In this document: positions 29,676 through 41,288 of the stretch, piece by piece
Position numbering within the stretch: the first letter of the stretch is position 1
How the letters are laid out: each line of letters starts with the position of its first letter
NCBI GenBank assembly: GCA_035438885.1
Contig: DAORJC010000001.1
Coordinates: forward strand, 1-62,391
DNA from: Aquabacterium sp.
Lineage (GTDB): Bacteria > Pseudomonadota > Gammaproteobacteria > Burkholderiales > Burkholderiaceae_C
Direction: 5' to 3'
Length of the DNA stretch: 62,391 nucleotides
Translations under genes and position numbers: made by a program
Notes under the pieces: model-generated
What the model saw: the letters and a program-made list of their open reading frames with translations, nothing else
Database searches by the model: none
Told to the model about the DNA's origin: nothing

Positions 29676-31031
29676 TCAAGCCGCGTCGGACTCGACCACG
29701 TCACGCACCCGCACACGGGCTGCCGGCACCGTCAGGGAGAACACCGAACCCTTGCCTTTTTCACTGGAGATGCGCAACTCCCCACCGTGGCGCTGCACCA
29801 CGTGCTTGACGATGGACAGGCCCAGGCCGGTCCCCCCGGTGTCCCTGGATCGGCTGCCATCGACCCGGTAGAAGCGCTCCGTGAGGCGCGGGATGTGTTC
29901 GGCATCGATGCCGATGCCCTGGTCACGCACCGAGAACTCGCCGCCGCCATCGGGCAGGGTGGTCCAGGTGACGGTCACCGCCTGACCCTCGGGGGTGTAG
30001 CGAATGGCGTTGCTGACCAGGTTGCCCATGGCGCTGAGCCATTCGCTTTCGACACCGGCAATCTCGACACCGGCCAAGTCAGGCTGGATGGCAAACGACA
30101 AGGGGTGCCGATCCTTGGACAAGCCACGGGCATCGTTCTCCAGGCGCCGCATGAGCCCGGAAACCTGGGTCCATGTATTGGCAGGCGGCCTTGGGCTGCC
30201 CTCAATTTGCGCCAGCATCAGCAAGTCCGACACCAGCACCTGCATGCGGTCGGCCTGCTGGGTCATCAGGTCCAGCACGCGACGGCGCTCCACCTCGGTC
30301 AGCGGCAGGTTGCTCATGGTCTCGATGAAGCCCGCCAACACCGTCAGTGGCGTGCGAATCTCGTGGGAGACGTTGGCCACAAAATCCCGACGCATCGTGT
30401 CGGCCCGCTCGCGCTCGGTGATGTCCTGCGACAGGACCAGCTTGAGGCCATCCCCATAGGATCGGATGTTGACCGAGAGGGTGCCAGCGCCCCCCCGAGG
30501 CATCTGAAAGGTCACTGGCTCTCGGTAATCGCCACCCGCGAGGTGCTGCACAAAGGCAGGCGCCCGAATGAGGTTGGTCACGCGTTGAGCAAGGTCTCGC
30601 ACAGGATCGAGCCCGAAGTGGGCGGCCGACGCGGTACTGAGCCACGTGATGTGCTCAGTGGCATCGAGCAGCATCACGCCATTGGGTGAGGCCTCGATGC
30701 CTGACAGGAACTGATCCAGGCGTGCGCGCTCGCGCTCAGTGTCACGCTCGCGCATGCGCAGCACTCGATGGATGCGGTGAGCCACCTCCCCCCACAGGCC
30801 CGGCAACTCGGGTGGATCGATCTCTGGTGTGCGCAGCCAGTCCAGCAACTGGTAACCTTTGAGCGTGTCAACCACCGACAAGCTCAAGACCGCACCGGCA
30901 CCGAAGACCAGGCTGGTCGTTGCGGGATAGCCCAACCGGGCCCCGACCCACCAACCCAGGCCACCACCCAGGGTGCCCGTGACCAATCGGGCGGTGACGC
31001 GCGACCACAGCCAGGAATTGCTCGTTTCCAA
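29676..31031 (-). CDS. phoR: Phosphate regulon sensor kinase
   Basis: PAS domain, H-box FVANVSHEIRTPLT, NLVSNAIRY, DQGIG, RFYRVD and GTGLGL. Confidence 0.95.
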   Translation of the reverse strand: METSNSWLWSRVTARLVTGTLGGGLGWWVGARLGYPATTSLVFGAGAVLSLSVVDTLKGYQLLDWLRTPEIDPPELPGLWGEVAHRIHRVLRMRERDTERERARLDQFLSGIEASPNGVMLLDATEHITWLSTASAAHFGLDPVRDLAQRVTNLIRAPAFVQHLAGGDYREPVTFQMPRGGAGTLSVNIRSYGDGLKLVLSQDITERERADTMRRDFVANVSHEIRTPLTVLAGFIETMSNLPLTEVERRRVLDLMTQQADRMQVLVSDLLMLAQIEGSPRPPANTWTQVSGLMRRLENDARGLSKDRHPLSFAIQPDLAGVEIAGVESEWLSAMGNLVSNAIRYTPEGQAVTVTWTTLPDGGGEFSVRDQGIGIDAEHIPRLTERFYRVDGSRSRDTGGTGLGLSIVKHVVQRHGGELRISSEKGKGSVFSLTVPAARVRVRDVVESDAA

Positions 31032-31062
31032 AGGGAGACCTTTGTTTGGATTCAGGGAGGGG

Positions 31063-31761
31063 TCAAGCCGCGTTGACCAACTGCTGCGTCAGACGGTAGC
31101 CAGCACCACGCACCGTCTCGATCATCTGTGAACGCTGAACGCCGGACAATGCCTCTCGCAGACGTTTGACATGGACGTCGACCGTGCGCTCTTCGATGAA
31201 CACGTGGTCACCCCACACACGGTCGAGCAACTGGGCTCGACTGTGCACCCGCTCCGGGTGGGTCATGAAAAAATGCAGCAGCTTGAACTCGGTCGGCCCG
31301 ATCTTGACGTCCTGCTCCTGGCAGGACACCCTGCGCGTGGACGGGTCCAGGCGAAGGCCTGAGATCTCGACCGCAGAATCCAGCGCCTGCGGGGCCTTGC
31401 GGCGCAGCACCGCCCGAACACGGGCCATGAGTTCTTGCGTCGAAAACGGCTTGGTCAGGTAGTCATCAGCGCCAGCATCCAGACCGGCGACCTTGTCGGT
31501 CTCTTCGGCACGGGCCGTCAGCATGATGACCGGCAGGTCCTTGGTGCGCTGCTGACCACGCCAGCGCTTGGCCAGCGCCAGACCCGAGGCCCCCGGCAGC
31601 ATCCAGTCCAGCAGGATCAGGTCAGGCAACACACGGTCCACCTCGGCCTGAGCCGCATCGCCATCATGGGCCACCACCACTTCAAAACCTGCATGGCGCA
31701 GGTTCAGTGCGATCAGCTCGGCAATCGCCGCTTCGTCTTCAACCACCAGCACTCGGCTCAT
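31063..31761 (-). CDS. phoB: Phosphate regulon response regulator
   Basis: VVEDE, LLDWMLPG, GADDYLTKPFS and ERTVDVHVKRLR. Confidence 0.96.
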   Translation of the reverse strand: MSRVLVVEDEAAIAELIALNLRHAGFEVVVAHDGDAAQAEVDRVLPDLILLDWMLPGASGLALAKRWRGQQRTKDLPVIMLTARAEETDKVAGLDAGADDYLTKPFSTQELMARVRAVLRRKAPQALDSAVEISGLRLDPSTRRVSCQEQDVKIGPTEFKLLHFFMTHPERVHSRAQLLDRVWGDHVFIEERTVDVHVKRLREALSGVQRSQMIETVRGAGYRLTQQLVNAA

Positions 31762-31780
31762 GGCGTTCCCCTGTTGTGGT

Positions 31781-32488
31781 TCACTTGATGATGTTCTCGA
31801 CGGCTTCCGGCGTGTTGTGACGCACGTCAGCCCCCTTAACGATGTAGATCACCTGCTCGGCCAGGTTCTTGGCATGGTCGCCCACGCGCTCAATGGCCTT
31901 GGCCACAAAGACCAGGTCGATGGAGGCCGAAATGGTCCGGGGGTCTTCCATCATGTAGGTGATCAGCTTGCGCATCAGGCCGTCAAACTCGGCATCGATC
32001 TCGTTGTCGTTCTTGATCACTTCCAGCGCCACGGTCACATCCAGGCGTGCAAAGGCGTCCAGCGCCTTGCGCAACGAAGCCGTGGCCAGTGAGGCCTCGA
32101 ACGACACGTCACCCACCGGCAGACGCAGGCGGCTGCTCACGCCCGTGTTGATCAGGCGCTGCACGGTACGCGCAATGCGCGCGGCCTCATCGCCCACCCG
32201 CTCCAGGTTGCCGATGGTCTTGGAGATCGCGATCAGCAGACGCAGGTCGCGGGCCGTCGGTTGGCGACGAGCGATGATGGTCGACAGGTCTGCGTCGATT
32301 TCCATCTCCATGGCGTTGACGCGCTCTTCCTGGATCAGCACCTGGCTGGCGACTTCACCACCAAAATGCGTCAGGGCGTAGATGGCCTGGGCCACCTGCG
32401 ACTCCACCAGGCCCCCCATCTCCAGCACCCGGGTCGAAATGCCGCTCAGTTCGGCATCAAACTGGCTGGACAAGTGTTTTTCTGACAT
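31781..32488 (-). CDS. phoU: Phosphate signalling protein PhoU
   Basis: HLSSQFDAEL, RQPTARDLR, ERVGD and IERVGDHAKN. Confidence 0.96.
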   Translation of the reverse strand: MSEKHLSSQFDAELSGISTRVLEMGGLVESQVAQAIYALTHFGGEVASQVLIQEERVNAMEMEIDADLSTIIARRQPTARDLRLLIAISKTIGNLERVGDEAARIARTVQRLINTGVSSRLRLPVGDVSFEASLATASLRKALDAFARLDVTVALEVIKNDNEIDAEFDGLMRKLITYMMEDPRTISASIDLVFVAKAIERVGDHAKNLAEQVIYIVKGADVRHNTPEAVENIIK

Positions 32489-32502
32489 GTTCTTCTCCTT
32501 GA

Positions 32503-33288
32503 TCAGCCGAAGCGGCCCGTGATGTAGTCTTCAGTTTCCTTCTTCTTGGGCTTCATGAAGACGTCGTTGGTGGGTCCGAACTCGATCAACTCGCCCAGGT
32601 ACATGTAGGCCGTGTGATCCGAGCAACGGGCGGCCTGCTGCATGTTGTGGGTCACGATCAGCACGGTGTAGTCGTTCTTGAGTTCGTGGATGAGTTCTTC
32701 GATCTTGCCGGTCGAGATCGGGTCCAGGGCCGAACAAGGCTCGTCCAGCAGCAGCACCTCAGGCTTGATGGCAATGCCGCGAGCGATGCACAAACGCTGT
32801 TGCTGACCACCTGACAGGCCCGAGCCGCTCTGGTTGAGCTTGTCCTTGACCTCGTTCCACAGGGCCGACTTCTTGAGGGCCCACTCCACGCGCTCGTCCA
32901 TCTCGGCGCGCGAGAGGGATTCGAACAGACGCACGCCAAAGGCGATGTTGTCGTAGATCGACATGGGAAACGGCGTGGGCTTCTGGAACACCATGCCGAC
33001 CTTGGCTCGAATCAGAGAGACATCTTCCTTGCTGGACAGAATGTCCTGCCCGTCCAGCAGGATCTGACCTTCTGCGCGCTGTTCCGGGTAGAGCTCGAAC
33101 ATGCGGTTGAAGGTTCGCAGCAGGGTCGACTTGCCGCAACCGGACGGTCCGATGAAAGCCGTGACCTTGTTTTCAGGCAGTTCCATGTTGACGTTCTTCA
33201 GGGCGTGGAACTTGCCGTAGAAGAAGTTCAGGTCCTTGACCGACAGTTTGGACTGAACCGGCGTTTGATTTTGCACCTTGGCATCCAT
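32503..33288 (-). CDS. pstB: Phosphate ABC transporter ATPase
   Basis: [26 protein letters not shown] and YITGRFG. Confidence 0.97.
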   Translation of the reverse strand: MDAKVQNQTPVQSKLSVKDLNFFYGKFHALKNVNMELPENKVTAFIGPSGCGKSTLLRTFNRMFELYPEQRAEGQILLDGQDILSSKEDVSLIRAKVGMVFQKPTPFPMSIYDNIAFGVRLFESLSRAEMDERVEWALKKSALWNEVKDKLNQSGSGLSGGQQQRLCIARGIAIKPEVLLLDEPCSALDPISTGKIEELIHELKNDYTVLIVTHNMQQAARCSDHTAYMYLGELIEFGPTNDVFMKPKKKETEDYITGRFG

Positions 33289-33319
33289 GATGGTGTCTCG
33301 CAATTGATTCGGTAAAAGC

Positions 33320-34183
33320 TCAGCGCTGACGGAACATCGTGCGCGCCAGGATGTTCAACCCCAGCACCCCGACCGTGATCAGGAAGACACCGGCCCAGGC
33401 CAGTTTCTGCCAGTTCTCATAGGGGCTCATGGCGAACTTGAAGATGGTGACAGGCAGGCTGGCCATGGGTTGCCCCAGATCAGACGTCCAGAACTGGTTG
33501 GACAGCGCCGTGAACAGCAGAGGTGCGGTCTCGCCCGAGATGCGAGCCACGGCCAGCAGGATGCCCGTGATCACGCCGGCACGGGCCGACTGCAGGGTGA
33601 TCGTGCCGATCACGCGCCACTTGGGCGTGCCCAGGGCGTAAGCGGCTTCACGCAAGGCATTGGGCACCAGGGTCAACATGTTTTCGGTGGTGCGAATCAC
33701 CACGGGCACCACGATCAGGGCCAAAGCCAGCACACCCGCAAAACCGGAGAACGTCTTCATCCGAGCAACCACGGCCGAGTAGATGAACAGACCGATCACG
33801 ATGGACGGGGCCGACAACAGGATGTCGTTGATGAACCGGGTCACGCTGCCCAGCCAGGTACGCTGCCCGTACTCCGCCAGATAGATGCCGGCCATGATGC
33901 CAACGGGCGTGCCGATCACCGTGGCCAGGCCCACCATCATGAGCGAGCCCACGATCGCATTGGCCAGACCACCCGCATCCATCGGCGGGGGCGTCATCTG
34001 GGTGAGCGTGTCCATGGTCAGGCCATCAATGCCCAGACGCATGGTCTCCACCAGGATCCAGGTCAGCCAGAACAGGCCAAAGGCCATGGCTGCGAGGGAC
34101 AAGGTCAGGGCCAGCGCATTGACGCGCTTGCGCCGGGCATGGTGCTTCAGGCGCGAGGCCTGCAGGGCGGGAGACGTTTTCAT
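33320..34183 (-). CDS. pstA: Phosphate ABC transporter permease
   Basis: [15 protein letters not shown] and [10 protein letters not shown]. Confidence 0.95.
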   Translation of the reverse strand: MKTSPALQASRLKHHARRKRVNALALTLSLAAMAFGLFWLTWILVETMRLGIDGLTMDTLTQMTPPPMDAGGLANAIVGSLMMVGLATVIGTPVGIMAGIYLAEYGQRTWLGSVTRFINDILLSAPSIVIGLFIYSAVVARMKTFSGFAGVLALALIVVPVVIRTTENMLTLVPNALREAAYALGTPKWRVIGTITLQSARAGVITGILLAVARISGETAPLLFTALSNQFWTSDLGQPMASLPVTIFKFAMSPYENWQKLAWAGVFLITVGVLGLNILARTMFRQR

Positions 34184-35211
34184 GAGCGAGTGCCTTCAGA
34201 TTTCTTGAGGCGGGACAGCAGGACCTTGGAGAGGGCCAGGACCACAAAGGTGATGAAAAACAGCACCAGACCCAGGTAGATCAGCGAGGCCTGGTGCAGG
34301 CCCTCGCCTGCTTCGGCAAATTCGTTGGCCAGGGCCGAGGTGATGCTGTTGGCCGCCTCGAACACCGACAGCGAGTTCAACTGGTTCATGTTGCCGATCA
34401 CAAACGTGATGGCCATGGTTTCACCCAGCGCGCGCCCCAGGCCCAGCATGATGCCGCCGACCACACCCGTCTTGGTGTAAGGCAACACGACCTTGGAGAC
34501 CACCTCCCAGGTGGTCGAACCCAGACCGTAGGCCGATTCCTTGAGCATGGGCGGCGTCACCTCGAACACATCGCGCATCACCGAAGCGATGAACGGGATG
34601 ATCATGATCGCCAGGATGATGCCGGCCGACAGGATGCCGATGCCCACAGGAGGACCGGAGAAGAAGGCCCCGATGTACGGAACGTCCACCGTCAGATTCT
34701 GCAGCGGCGTCTGGACGTATTCAGCCAGGATCGGACCAAACACCAGCAGGCCCCACATGCCGTACACGATGGACGGCACGGCAGCCAGCAATTCGATGGC
34801 AATGCCCAGCGGGCGCTTGAGCCATGCGGGGGACAGCTCGGTCAGGAAGACCGCGATGCCAAAGCTCACAGGCACCGCAATCAGCAGCGCAATGAACGAG
34901 GTCATCAGCGTGCCGTAGATCATGACCAGGCCACCGTAGGAATCCATCACAGGATCCCACTCGGTGCGGGTCAGAAAGCTCAGGCCGTACTTGTCGATCG
35001 CGGGCCATGCACCCACCACCAGCGACAGGATGATGCCCACCAGCAAGGACAAGGTCAGGAGCGCCGCGGCACGGGCCAGCAACGCAAAAACGGCGTCGGC
35101 CCAGGGGGCCTGTACGCGACGTGGAGGAGGATTCGTCATCGGAGAGGCTCTGCGTTTTTGTTCGAAAGATTTGCCAAGGTCATCAGCCCCGGCTGGCAGG
35201 ATGGCAGTCAT
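34180..35211 (-). CDS. pstC: Phosphate ABC transporter permease
   Basis: [20 protein letters not shown] and GRALGETMA. Confidence 0.95.
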   Translation of the reverse strand: MTAILPAGADDLGKSFEQKRRASPMTNPPPRRVQAPWADAVFALLARAAALLTLSLLVGIILSLVVGAWPAIDKYGLSFLTRTEWDPVMDSYGGLVMIYGTLMTSFIALLIAVPVSFGIAVFLTELSPAWLKRPLGIAIELLAAVPSIVYGMWGLLVFGPILAEYVQTPLQNLTVDVPYIGAFFSGPPVGIGILSAGIILAIMIIPFIASVMRDVFEVTPPMLKESAYGLGSTTWEVVSKVVLPYTKTGVVGGIMLGLGRALGETMAITFVIGNMNQLNSLSVFEAANSITSALANEFAEAGEGLHQASLIYLGLVLFFITFVVLALSKVLLSRLKKSEGTRS

Positions 35212-35241
35212 CAGAATCCCCTGTCACATGCAGTACAACAG

Positions 35242-35274
35242 AAAACCGGGGCGCTGATCAACAGCGCGCCCGGT
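35242..35274 (-). terminator. Stem-loop with short U-tract after pstS (partial terminator or mRNA stabiliser)
   Basis: Minus strand accgggcgcgctg-ttgat-cagcgccccggt-tttc between pstS and pstC. Confidence 0.6.
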
Positions 35275-35293
35275 CCTCGGATCAAGACTCAGA

Positions 35294-36328
35294 TCACTTG
35301 AAAGAAACAGGCTTGCCGGTGGCATCAGCCACCGAGCCCCACTGCTTGCGGACCAGGTCCTTGACGACTGCCGGCAAAGGCACGTATTCCAGATCGGCGG
35401 CCGCCTTGTCGCCGTTGTTGAAGGTCCAGTCAAAGAACTTCAGGGAAGCTGCGGCCTGAGCTGGCTTGTCCTGCTTCTTGTGCATCAGGATGAAGGTGGC
35501 GCCGCTGATGGGCCAGGCATCCTTGCCAGCCTGGTTGGTCAGGATCTGATAGAACGACTTGTTCCACTCGGCACCGGCTGCGGCGGCCTTGAAGGCCACG
35601 TCATCGGGGTTGACGTAAGCACCCGAGGCGTTGCGCATGGCAACGAAGTTCATCTTGTTCTGCTTCACGTAGGCGTACTCGACATAACCGATCGAGTTGG
35701 GCAGGCGCTGCACGAAAGCGGACACGCCCTCATTGCCCTTGCCACCCGCGCCGGTGGGCCAGTTCACGGCCGTGCCTTCACCCGCCTTGGCCTTCCATTC
35801 GGCGTTGACCTTGGACAGGTAGTTGGTGAAGATGAAGGTGGTGCCGGAACCATCGGCGCGACGAACCACCGAAATGGCCGCATCAGGCAGCGGCACACCG
35901 GGGTTCAGGGCCGTGATGGCAGGCTCGTTCCAGCGCTTGATCTTGCCCAGGTAGATGTCGCCCAGCACCTCGCCCGTCAGCTTGATCTGACCGGGGGTGA
36001 TGCCCTTGATGTTGACCACGGGGACCACGCCACCGATCACGGTGGGGAACTGCACCAGGCCTTCCTTGGCCAGTTCGTCGTCCTTGAGGGGCATGTCCGA
36101 AGCACCGAAGTCCACGGTCTTGGACTTGATCTGCTTGATGCCGGCACCGGAGCCCACCGATTGGTAGTTGATGCGCACGCCCGTGGCCTTGTTGTAGGCA
36201 TCGGCCCACTTGGCATAGATGGGCGCGGGGAAGGTGGCGCCAGCGCCCGTGACGTCCTGGGCCATCACGGCACCTGCAGTCAGGGTCAGGGTTGCAGCAA
36301 CAGCGGCGCGGATCATGTTGAATTTCAT
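35294..36328 (-). CDS. pstS: Phosphate ABC transporter periplasmic binding protein
   Basis: Signal peptide (AVMA/QD), GAGATFP, YQSVGSGAG, DFGASD and RADGSGTT. Confidence 0.97.
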   Translation of the reverse strand: MKFNMIRAAVAATLTLTAGAVMAQDVTGAGATFPAPIYAKWADAYNKATGVRINYQSVGSGAGIKQIKSKTVDFGASDMPLKDDELAKEGLVQFPTVIGGVVPVVNIKGITPGQIKLTGEVLGDIYLGKIKRWNEPAITALNPGVPLPDAAISVVRRADGSGTTFIFTNYLSKVNAEWKAKAGEGTAVNWPTGAGGKGNEGVSAFVQRLPNSIGYVEYAYVKQNKMNFVAMRNASGAYVNPDDVAFKAAAAGAEWNKSFYQILTNQAGKDAWPISGATFILMHKKQDKPAQAAASLKFFDWTFNNGDKAAADLEYVPLPAVVKDLVRKQWGSVADATGKPVSFK

Positions 36329-36374
36329 TCGTTGGCCTTTCAAGGTCATGTGACAAGAGCTTTGAATGAAACGG

Positions 36375-36408
36375 ACTCTAGCCAGCCATTGTGACGAAAG
36401 AATGACAG
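36375..36408 (-). promoter_or_regulatory. Pho box and -10 of the pstS promoter
   Basis: Minus strand CTGTCAT-tctt-TCGTCAC (36408-36391), a 10-bp gap, then TAGAGT (36380-36375): canonical PhoB promoter geometry. Confidence 0.85.
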
Positions 36409-36477
36409 CCGTCGGTCGTTTTGTCATCAAAACCCGGCAGTGACCTGAGCCGTTCTGGCTGGGATTTCATGACAAGC

Positions 36478-36522
36478 CTGTCATTTTATGGACACGTGAC
36501 TGTCATGTGACACCCCTAAGGT
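36478..36522 (+). promoter_or_regulatory. Pho box (three half-sites) and -10 driving the fasciclin gene
   Basis: CTGTCAT-ttta-TGGACAC-gtga-CTGTCAT at an 11-bp period, a 10-bp gap, then TAAGGT. Confidence 0.7.
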
Positions 36523-36575
36523 GCTGCCTTGTCGCTCAACCCCCGAATTTTCGGCCATTTTTTGCTGGAGTCTCC

Positions 36576-37079
36576 ATGACAAACACCTTCCGCCACACCC
36601 TGAGTGCCTGCATCGTCGCAACCATGATTTCCCTGACGGGCTGCGCCAGCGCACCGCCTGCAGCCACCCCGGTCACCATCAGCTCGGTGAGTGCTCAAAC
36701 CCCTGAGCTGAGCACCTTTGCCAAACTGGTCAGCCAGGCCGGTTTGAACGACACGCTGGACAACGGCGACGTCACGGTGTTTGCGCCCACCAACGAAGCC
36801 TTCCAGGCCGTGCCCGCCGCCACCCTGGACAAACTGGCCAAGGACCCTGCCCTGCTGAAGTCGGTGCTGACCTATCACGTCCTGCCCGGCCAGATCAAAG
36901 CGTCGTCGGTTGATGGCAACACCCAGGCCGTCACCCTCAACGGCGCCAAGCTGAACCTGTCCAAGGCCGGTGATGTGGTCGTGGTCGACGAAGCCATGGT
37001 GATCACCGCGGATGTGGCCGCCGGCAAGGGCCTCATCCACGTGGTGGACCGCGTGCTGATGCCCCCCGTCAAGAAGTGA
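36576..37079 (+). CDS. Fasciclin (FAS1) domain lipoprotein
   Basis: Lipobox LTG-C; FAS1 motifs TVFAPTNEAF, LTYHV and GLIHVVDRVL; GGAG ribosome-binding site. Confidence 0.9.
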   Translation: MTNTFRHTLSACIVATMISLTGCASAPPAATPVTISSVSAQTPELSTFAKLVSQAGLNDTLDNGDVTVFAPTNEAFQAVPAATLDKLAKDPALLKSVLTYHVLPGQIKASSVDGNTQAVTLNGAKLNLSKAGDVVVVDEAMVITADVAAGKGLIHVVDRVLMPPVKK

Positions 37080-38411
37080 TCAGGACTTGATAGCGGCGAC
37101 CAGGCGCTCGCAACATTGTGTGGCCAGTGCCTGGTCCTGAGCCTCGACCATCACACGGAGCAAAGGCTCCGTGCCGGAGGCGCGAATCAGAACGCGCCCA
37201 CGCCCGACCAGTTCAGCTTCGACCGCTGCCTTGGCAGAAGCCAGAGAAGGGCTGGACTGCCAGTCCTGCCCTGGCTGCAGGCGCACATTGATCAGCTTTT
37301 GCGGGAACAACTGCACCTCGCTGAGCCAATGTGCCAGCGGGCGACCGCTGCGAACCACCGCCTGCAGGATCTGCAGCGCACTCACGATGCCATCGCCCGT
37401 GGTGTGTTTGTCCAGGGCCAGCAAGTGCCCGGACCCCTCCCCACCCAACTGCCAGCCACGGCAGATCAGCTCTTCCAGCACGTAGCGATCGCCCACCTTG
37501 GCTCGCACAAAACCGACATCTCGGGCCTTGAAGGCCAGTTCCACCGCCATGTTGGTCATCAAGGTGCCCACCGCACCGGGCACCGGCTGCCCCCGGTCCA
37601 GGCGATCGGCCACCACCACAAACAGCAACTCGTCGCCGTTGTACAGACGGCCTTGCGCGTCCACCAGTTGCAGGCGGTCGGCATCCCCATCCAGCGCGAT
37701 GCCGTAATCGGCGCCCTGTGCCTTGACCGCCTCCACCAGCGCAGCTGGCGATGTGGCACCCACCTCCTTGTTGATGTTCATGCCGTTGGGCGAAACACCA
37801 ATGGCATGGACCTCCGCGCCCAGTTCATGAAACACCTCGGGGGCCACGTGGTAGGCCGCGCCGTGGGCCGCATCCACCACCAGCTTCATGCCCTTGAGCG
37901 AGAGCCCCGCATCAAAGGTGCTCTTGCAGAACTCGATGTAGCGGCCCCGGGCATCTTCCAGGCGACGGGCCTTGCCCAGCTCATGGGAGGGAACCCACTG
38001 GGGTGCCAGCGTCAGCGCAGCTTCGACGTCCAGCTCCCAGTCATCGGGCAGCTTCTCGCCGTTGGCTGAGAAGAACTTGATGCCGTTGTCTTCAAACGGG
38101 TTGTGCGACGCACTGATGACCACGCCCAGGTTCAGGCGCAAGGCACGCGTCAGGTAGGCCACGCCCGGCGTGGGCAACGGCCCGGTCAGCAGCACATCCA
38201 CACCGGCAGAGGCAAAGCCTGCTTCAAGCGCCGACTCCAGCATGTAACCAGAGATCCGGGTGTCCTTGCCGATCAGCACGGTGGGTCGCTTTTCGGTCCG
38301 GCGCAGCACCTGCCCCACCGCATGGCCCAGGCGCAGCATGAAGTCCGGGGTGATCGGGGCCTGGCCCACGGTGCCACGGATGCCGTCGGTGCCGAAATAT
38401 TGTCTGCTCAT
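37080..38411 (-). CDS. glmM: Phosphoglucosamine mutase
   Basis: [22 protein letters not shown] and RASGTEP. Confidence 0.97.
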   Translation of the reverse strand: MSRQYFGTDGIRGTVGQAPITPDFMLRLGHAVGQVLRRTEKRPTVLIGKDTRISGYMLESALEAGFASAGVDVLLTGPLPTPGVAYLTRALRLNLGVVISASHNPFEDNGIKFFSANGEKLPDDWELDVEAALTLAPQWVPSHELGKARRLEDARGRYIEFCKSTFDAGLSLKGMKLVVDAAHGAAYHVAPEVFHELGAEVHAIGVSPNGMNINKEVGATSPAALVEAVKAQGADYGIALDGDADRLQLVDAQGRLYNGDELLFVVVADRLDRGQPVPGAVGTLMTNMAVELAFKARDVGFVRAKVGDRYVLEELICRGWQLGGEGSGHLLALDKHTTGDGIVSALQILQAVVRSGRPLAHWLSEVQLFPQKLINVRLQPGQDWQSSPSLASAKAAVEAELVGRGRVLIRASGTEPLLRVMVEAQDQALATQCCERLVAAIKS

Positions 38412-38458
38412 GGTTCTGCTCAGCTGCGGTGTTGAATTCGAAAGATCGGAGGGGATTA

Positions 38459-39301
38459 TCAACCCCGCGAAGGCACCAGACCTGCGGCCTGCCACACGCG
38501 CAAGGCATCGCTTGTCTCAGCCACATCGTGCACGCGAATCACCGACGCGCCCCGGGTGATGCAGGCCAGTGCCGCGGCCAGGCTGGCGGCCAGGCGCTGC
38601 TCGACCGGCCTGCCGGTGATCACACCCAGGGTGGATTTGCGCGACCACCCCAGCAACCAGGGCAGGCCCAGAATCGATAGTTCGGACTGCCGAGCCATCA
38701 GGTCGACGTTGTGCTCGGGGCTTTTGCCAAAACCGATCCCTGGGTCCAGCGTCAGGCGCTGAAGTGCCACGCCTTGCTCCTGCAGCGCCCTCACCCGCGC
38801 CTGCAAAAAGCTCAACACGTCGCCCACCACATCGGTGTCTTGCACCTGCTGCTGCATGGTCGCCGGTGTGTCGCCCTGCATGTGCATCAGGCAGATGCCG
38901 CACTGACCGTGGCGAACCACCGCCGCCTCCGCCCCAGGGGTGGTCAGCGCCTTGATGTCATTGATGATGTCCACGCCCAGGTCCAGCGCACGCGCCATCA
39001 CCTCGGTCTTGCAGGTGTCGACCGACACGGGCACCCCCAGGGTCAAGGCAACCTGCAGCACGGGTTGCAGACGCCGCCATTCCTCCATCGGGCTCAAGGT
39101 GAGTGCGCCTGGCCGGGTTGACTCACCCCCGATGTCCAGGATGTGGGCGCCATCAGCGATCAACTGCTCGCAGCGCTGCAACGCTGCCGCAGGATCCAGG
39201 CAGTCGCCTCCGTCCGAGAAGGAGTCGGGCGTGACATTGACGATGCCCATGATGCGGGGCTCCATCAGGTCGATCGCGAAGCGGGTGGTTTGCCAGAACA
39301 T
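38459..39301 (-). CDS. folP: Dihydropteroate synthase
   Basis: [34 protein letters not shown] and RVHDV; AAGGAG ribosome-binding site. Confidence 0.96.
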   Translation of the reverse strand: MFWQTTRFAIDLMEPRIMGIVNVTPDSFSDGGDCLDPAAALQRCEQLIADGAHILDIGGESTRPGALTLSPMEEWRRLQPVLQVALTLGVPVSVDTCKTEVMARALDLGVDIINDIKALTTPGAEAAVVRHGQCGICLMHMQGDTPATMQQQVQDTDVVGDVLSFLQARVRALQEQGVALQRLTLDPGIGFGKSPEHNVDLMARQSELSILGLPWLLGWSRKSTLGVITGRPVEQRLAASLAAALACITRGASVIRVHDVAETSDALRVWQAAGLVPSRG

Positions 39302-39321
39302 GGCCGACTCCTTAACCAAAG

Positions 39322-39347
39322 ACAAACGGGGCTTGCGCCCCGTTTGT
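39322..39347 (-). terminator. Hairpin between ftsH and folP (likely partial terminator)
   Basis: Perfect 11-bp stem acaaacggggc-ttgc-gccccgtttgt. Confidence 0.65.
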
Positions 39348-39371
39348 TGGTGATGCCTCAACAGGCCATGA

Positions 39372-41288
39372 TCAGACCGCAGCCGGCGCGCCGTCCGGCT
39401 TGACCGGTGGGTTGGCAGGCGGGTTGGCACCGCCATTGGTGCGCGTGGTCGACGTCCAGTCCTTGGGTGGGCTGGGTTCACGACCCTGCATGATCTCTTC
39501 GATCTGCTCGGCGTCGATGGTCTCCCACTCCAGCAAGGCCTTGGCCATGGCGTGCATCTTGTCCTTGTTCTCCTCGATCAGGCGGCGAGCAATGGCGTAC
39601 TGCTCGTCAATGATCTTGCGGATCTGCTGATCGACCTTCTGCATGGTCTCTTCAGACATGTTGGTGGTCTTGGTGATCGAGCGACCCAGGAAGACTTCGC
39701 CTTCGTTGTCGGCATAGACCATGGGGCCCAGCTCGTCGGTCATGCCGTAGCGAGTGACCATGTCACGCGCAATGGCCGTCGCACGCTCAAAGTCGTTGCT
39801 GGCACCCGTGGTCATCTGGTCCATGAAGACTTCTTCAGCAATCCGGCCGCCAAACAGCACCGAGATGGTATCGAGCATGCGCAGCTTGTCCATGCTGTAT
39901 CGATCACCTTCGGGCAACTGCATCGTCACGCCCAGCGCACGGCCGCGAGGGATGATGGTGACCTTGTGCACGGGGTCGGTCTTGGGCAACAGACGCGCCA
40001 CCAGGGCGTGACCGGCTTCGTGGTACGCGGTGTTCTTGCGCTCTTCCTCAGGCATGACCATGGACTTGCGCTCAGGGCCCATCATGATCTTGTCCTTGGC
40101 CTTCTCGAAGTCCTGCATCTCCACCACGCGGCCACTGCGGCGCGCAGCAAACAGTGCGGCTTCGTTGACCAGGTTGGCCAGGTCGGCACCCGAGAAACCA
40201 GGGGTGCCACGCGCCAGGATGTCAGCACGCACGTCCTGACCGACAGGCACCTTGCGGATGTGCACGTTCAGGATCTGCTCGCGACCACGCACGTCCGGCA
40301 GGGTCACGTAAACCTGGCGGTCAAAGCGACCGGGGCGCAGCAAGGCGGGATCGAGGATGTCGGGACGGTTGGTGGCCGCGATCACGATCACGCCCATGTT
40401 GGTCTCGAAGCCGTCCATCTCGACCAGCATTTGGTTGAGGGTCTGTTCGCGCTCGTCATTGCCGCCGCCCAGGCCGGCACCACGGTGGCGGCCCACCGCG
40501 TCGATTTCATCGATGAAGATGATGCAGGGCGAGTTCTTCTTGGCCTGATCGAACATGTCACGCACACGCGATGCGCCCACGCCGACAAACATTTCAACGA
40601 AGTCCGAGCCCGAAATGGTGAAGAACGGCACCTTGGCTTCGCCCGCGATGGACTTGGCCAGCAGGGTCTTGCCGGTACCAGGAGGGCCGACCAGCAGCAC
40701 GCCACGAGGGATGCGCCCGCCCAGCTTCTGGAACTTCTGCGGATCGCGCAGGAAGTCGACCAATTCCTTGACCTCTTCCTTGGCCTCGTCACAGCCAGCC
40801 ACATCGGCAAACGTCACGGTGTTGTTGGCTTCATCCAACATGCGCGCCTTGCTCTTGCCAAAGCTGAACGCGCCGCCCTTGCCGCCACCCTGCATCTGGC
40901 GCATGAAATAGACCCACACCCCGATCAGCAGCAGCATGGGGCCCCAGGACACCAGCAGGCTCATCAGCAGCGAGGGTTCTTCGCGGGGCTTGACGTCAAA
41001 CTTGACGCCGTTGTTGATCAGGTCACCCACCAGACCGCGGTCCAGGTAGGTCGCCGTGCTGCGCACGCGCTTGTCGTCGATGGTGACGGCCAGAATTTCA
41101 GTTCCGCCGCCACCTTCCTGCAAGGTCACGCTCTTGATTCGTTTGGCCCGTACTTCTTCGAGGAAGTCGGAATAGCCGACCTGAGACCCTCCAGCCGCAC
41201 TGCGATCGAACTGCTTGAACACGGTGAACAGCACCAGGGCCACCACCAGCCAGACAGCGATCTTCGAAAACCATTGATTGTTGTTCAC
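39372..41288 (-). CDS. ftsH: ATP-dependent Zn metalloprotease FtsH
   Basis: Two TM segments, [21 protein letters not shown] and HEAGH; GTG start after GGAG. Confidence 0.98.
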   Translation of the reverse strand: MNNNQWFSKIAVWLVVALVLFTVFKQFDRSAAGGSQVGYSDFLEEVRAKRIKSVTLQEGGGGTEILAVTIDDKRVRSTATYLDRGLVGDLINNGVKFDVKPREEPSLLMSLLVSWGPMLLLIGVWVYFMRQMQGGGKGGAFSFGKSKARMLDEANNTVTFADVAGCDEAKEEVKELVDFLRDPQKFQKLGGRIPRGVLLVGPPGTGKTLLAKSIAGEAKVPFFTISGSDFVEMFVGVGASRVRDMFDQAKKNSPCIIFIDEIDAVGRHRGAGLGGGNDEREQTLNQMLVEMDGFETNMGVIVIAATNRPDILDPALLRPGRFDRQVYVTLPDVRGREQILNVHIRKVPVGQDVRADILARGTPGFSGADLANLVNEAALFAARRSGRVVEMQDFEKAKDKIMMGPERKSMVMPEEERKNTAYHEAGHALVARLLPKTDPVHKVTIIPRGRALGVTMQLPEGDRYSMDKLRMLDTISVLFGGRIAEEVFMDQMTTGASNDFERATAIARDMVTRYGMTDELGPMVYADNEGEVFLGRSITKTTNMSEETMQKVDQQIRKIIDEQYAIARRLIEENKDKMHAMAKALLEWETIDAEQIEEIMQGREPSPPKDWTSTTRTNGGANPPANPPVKPDGAPAAV

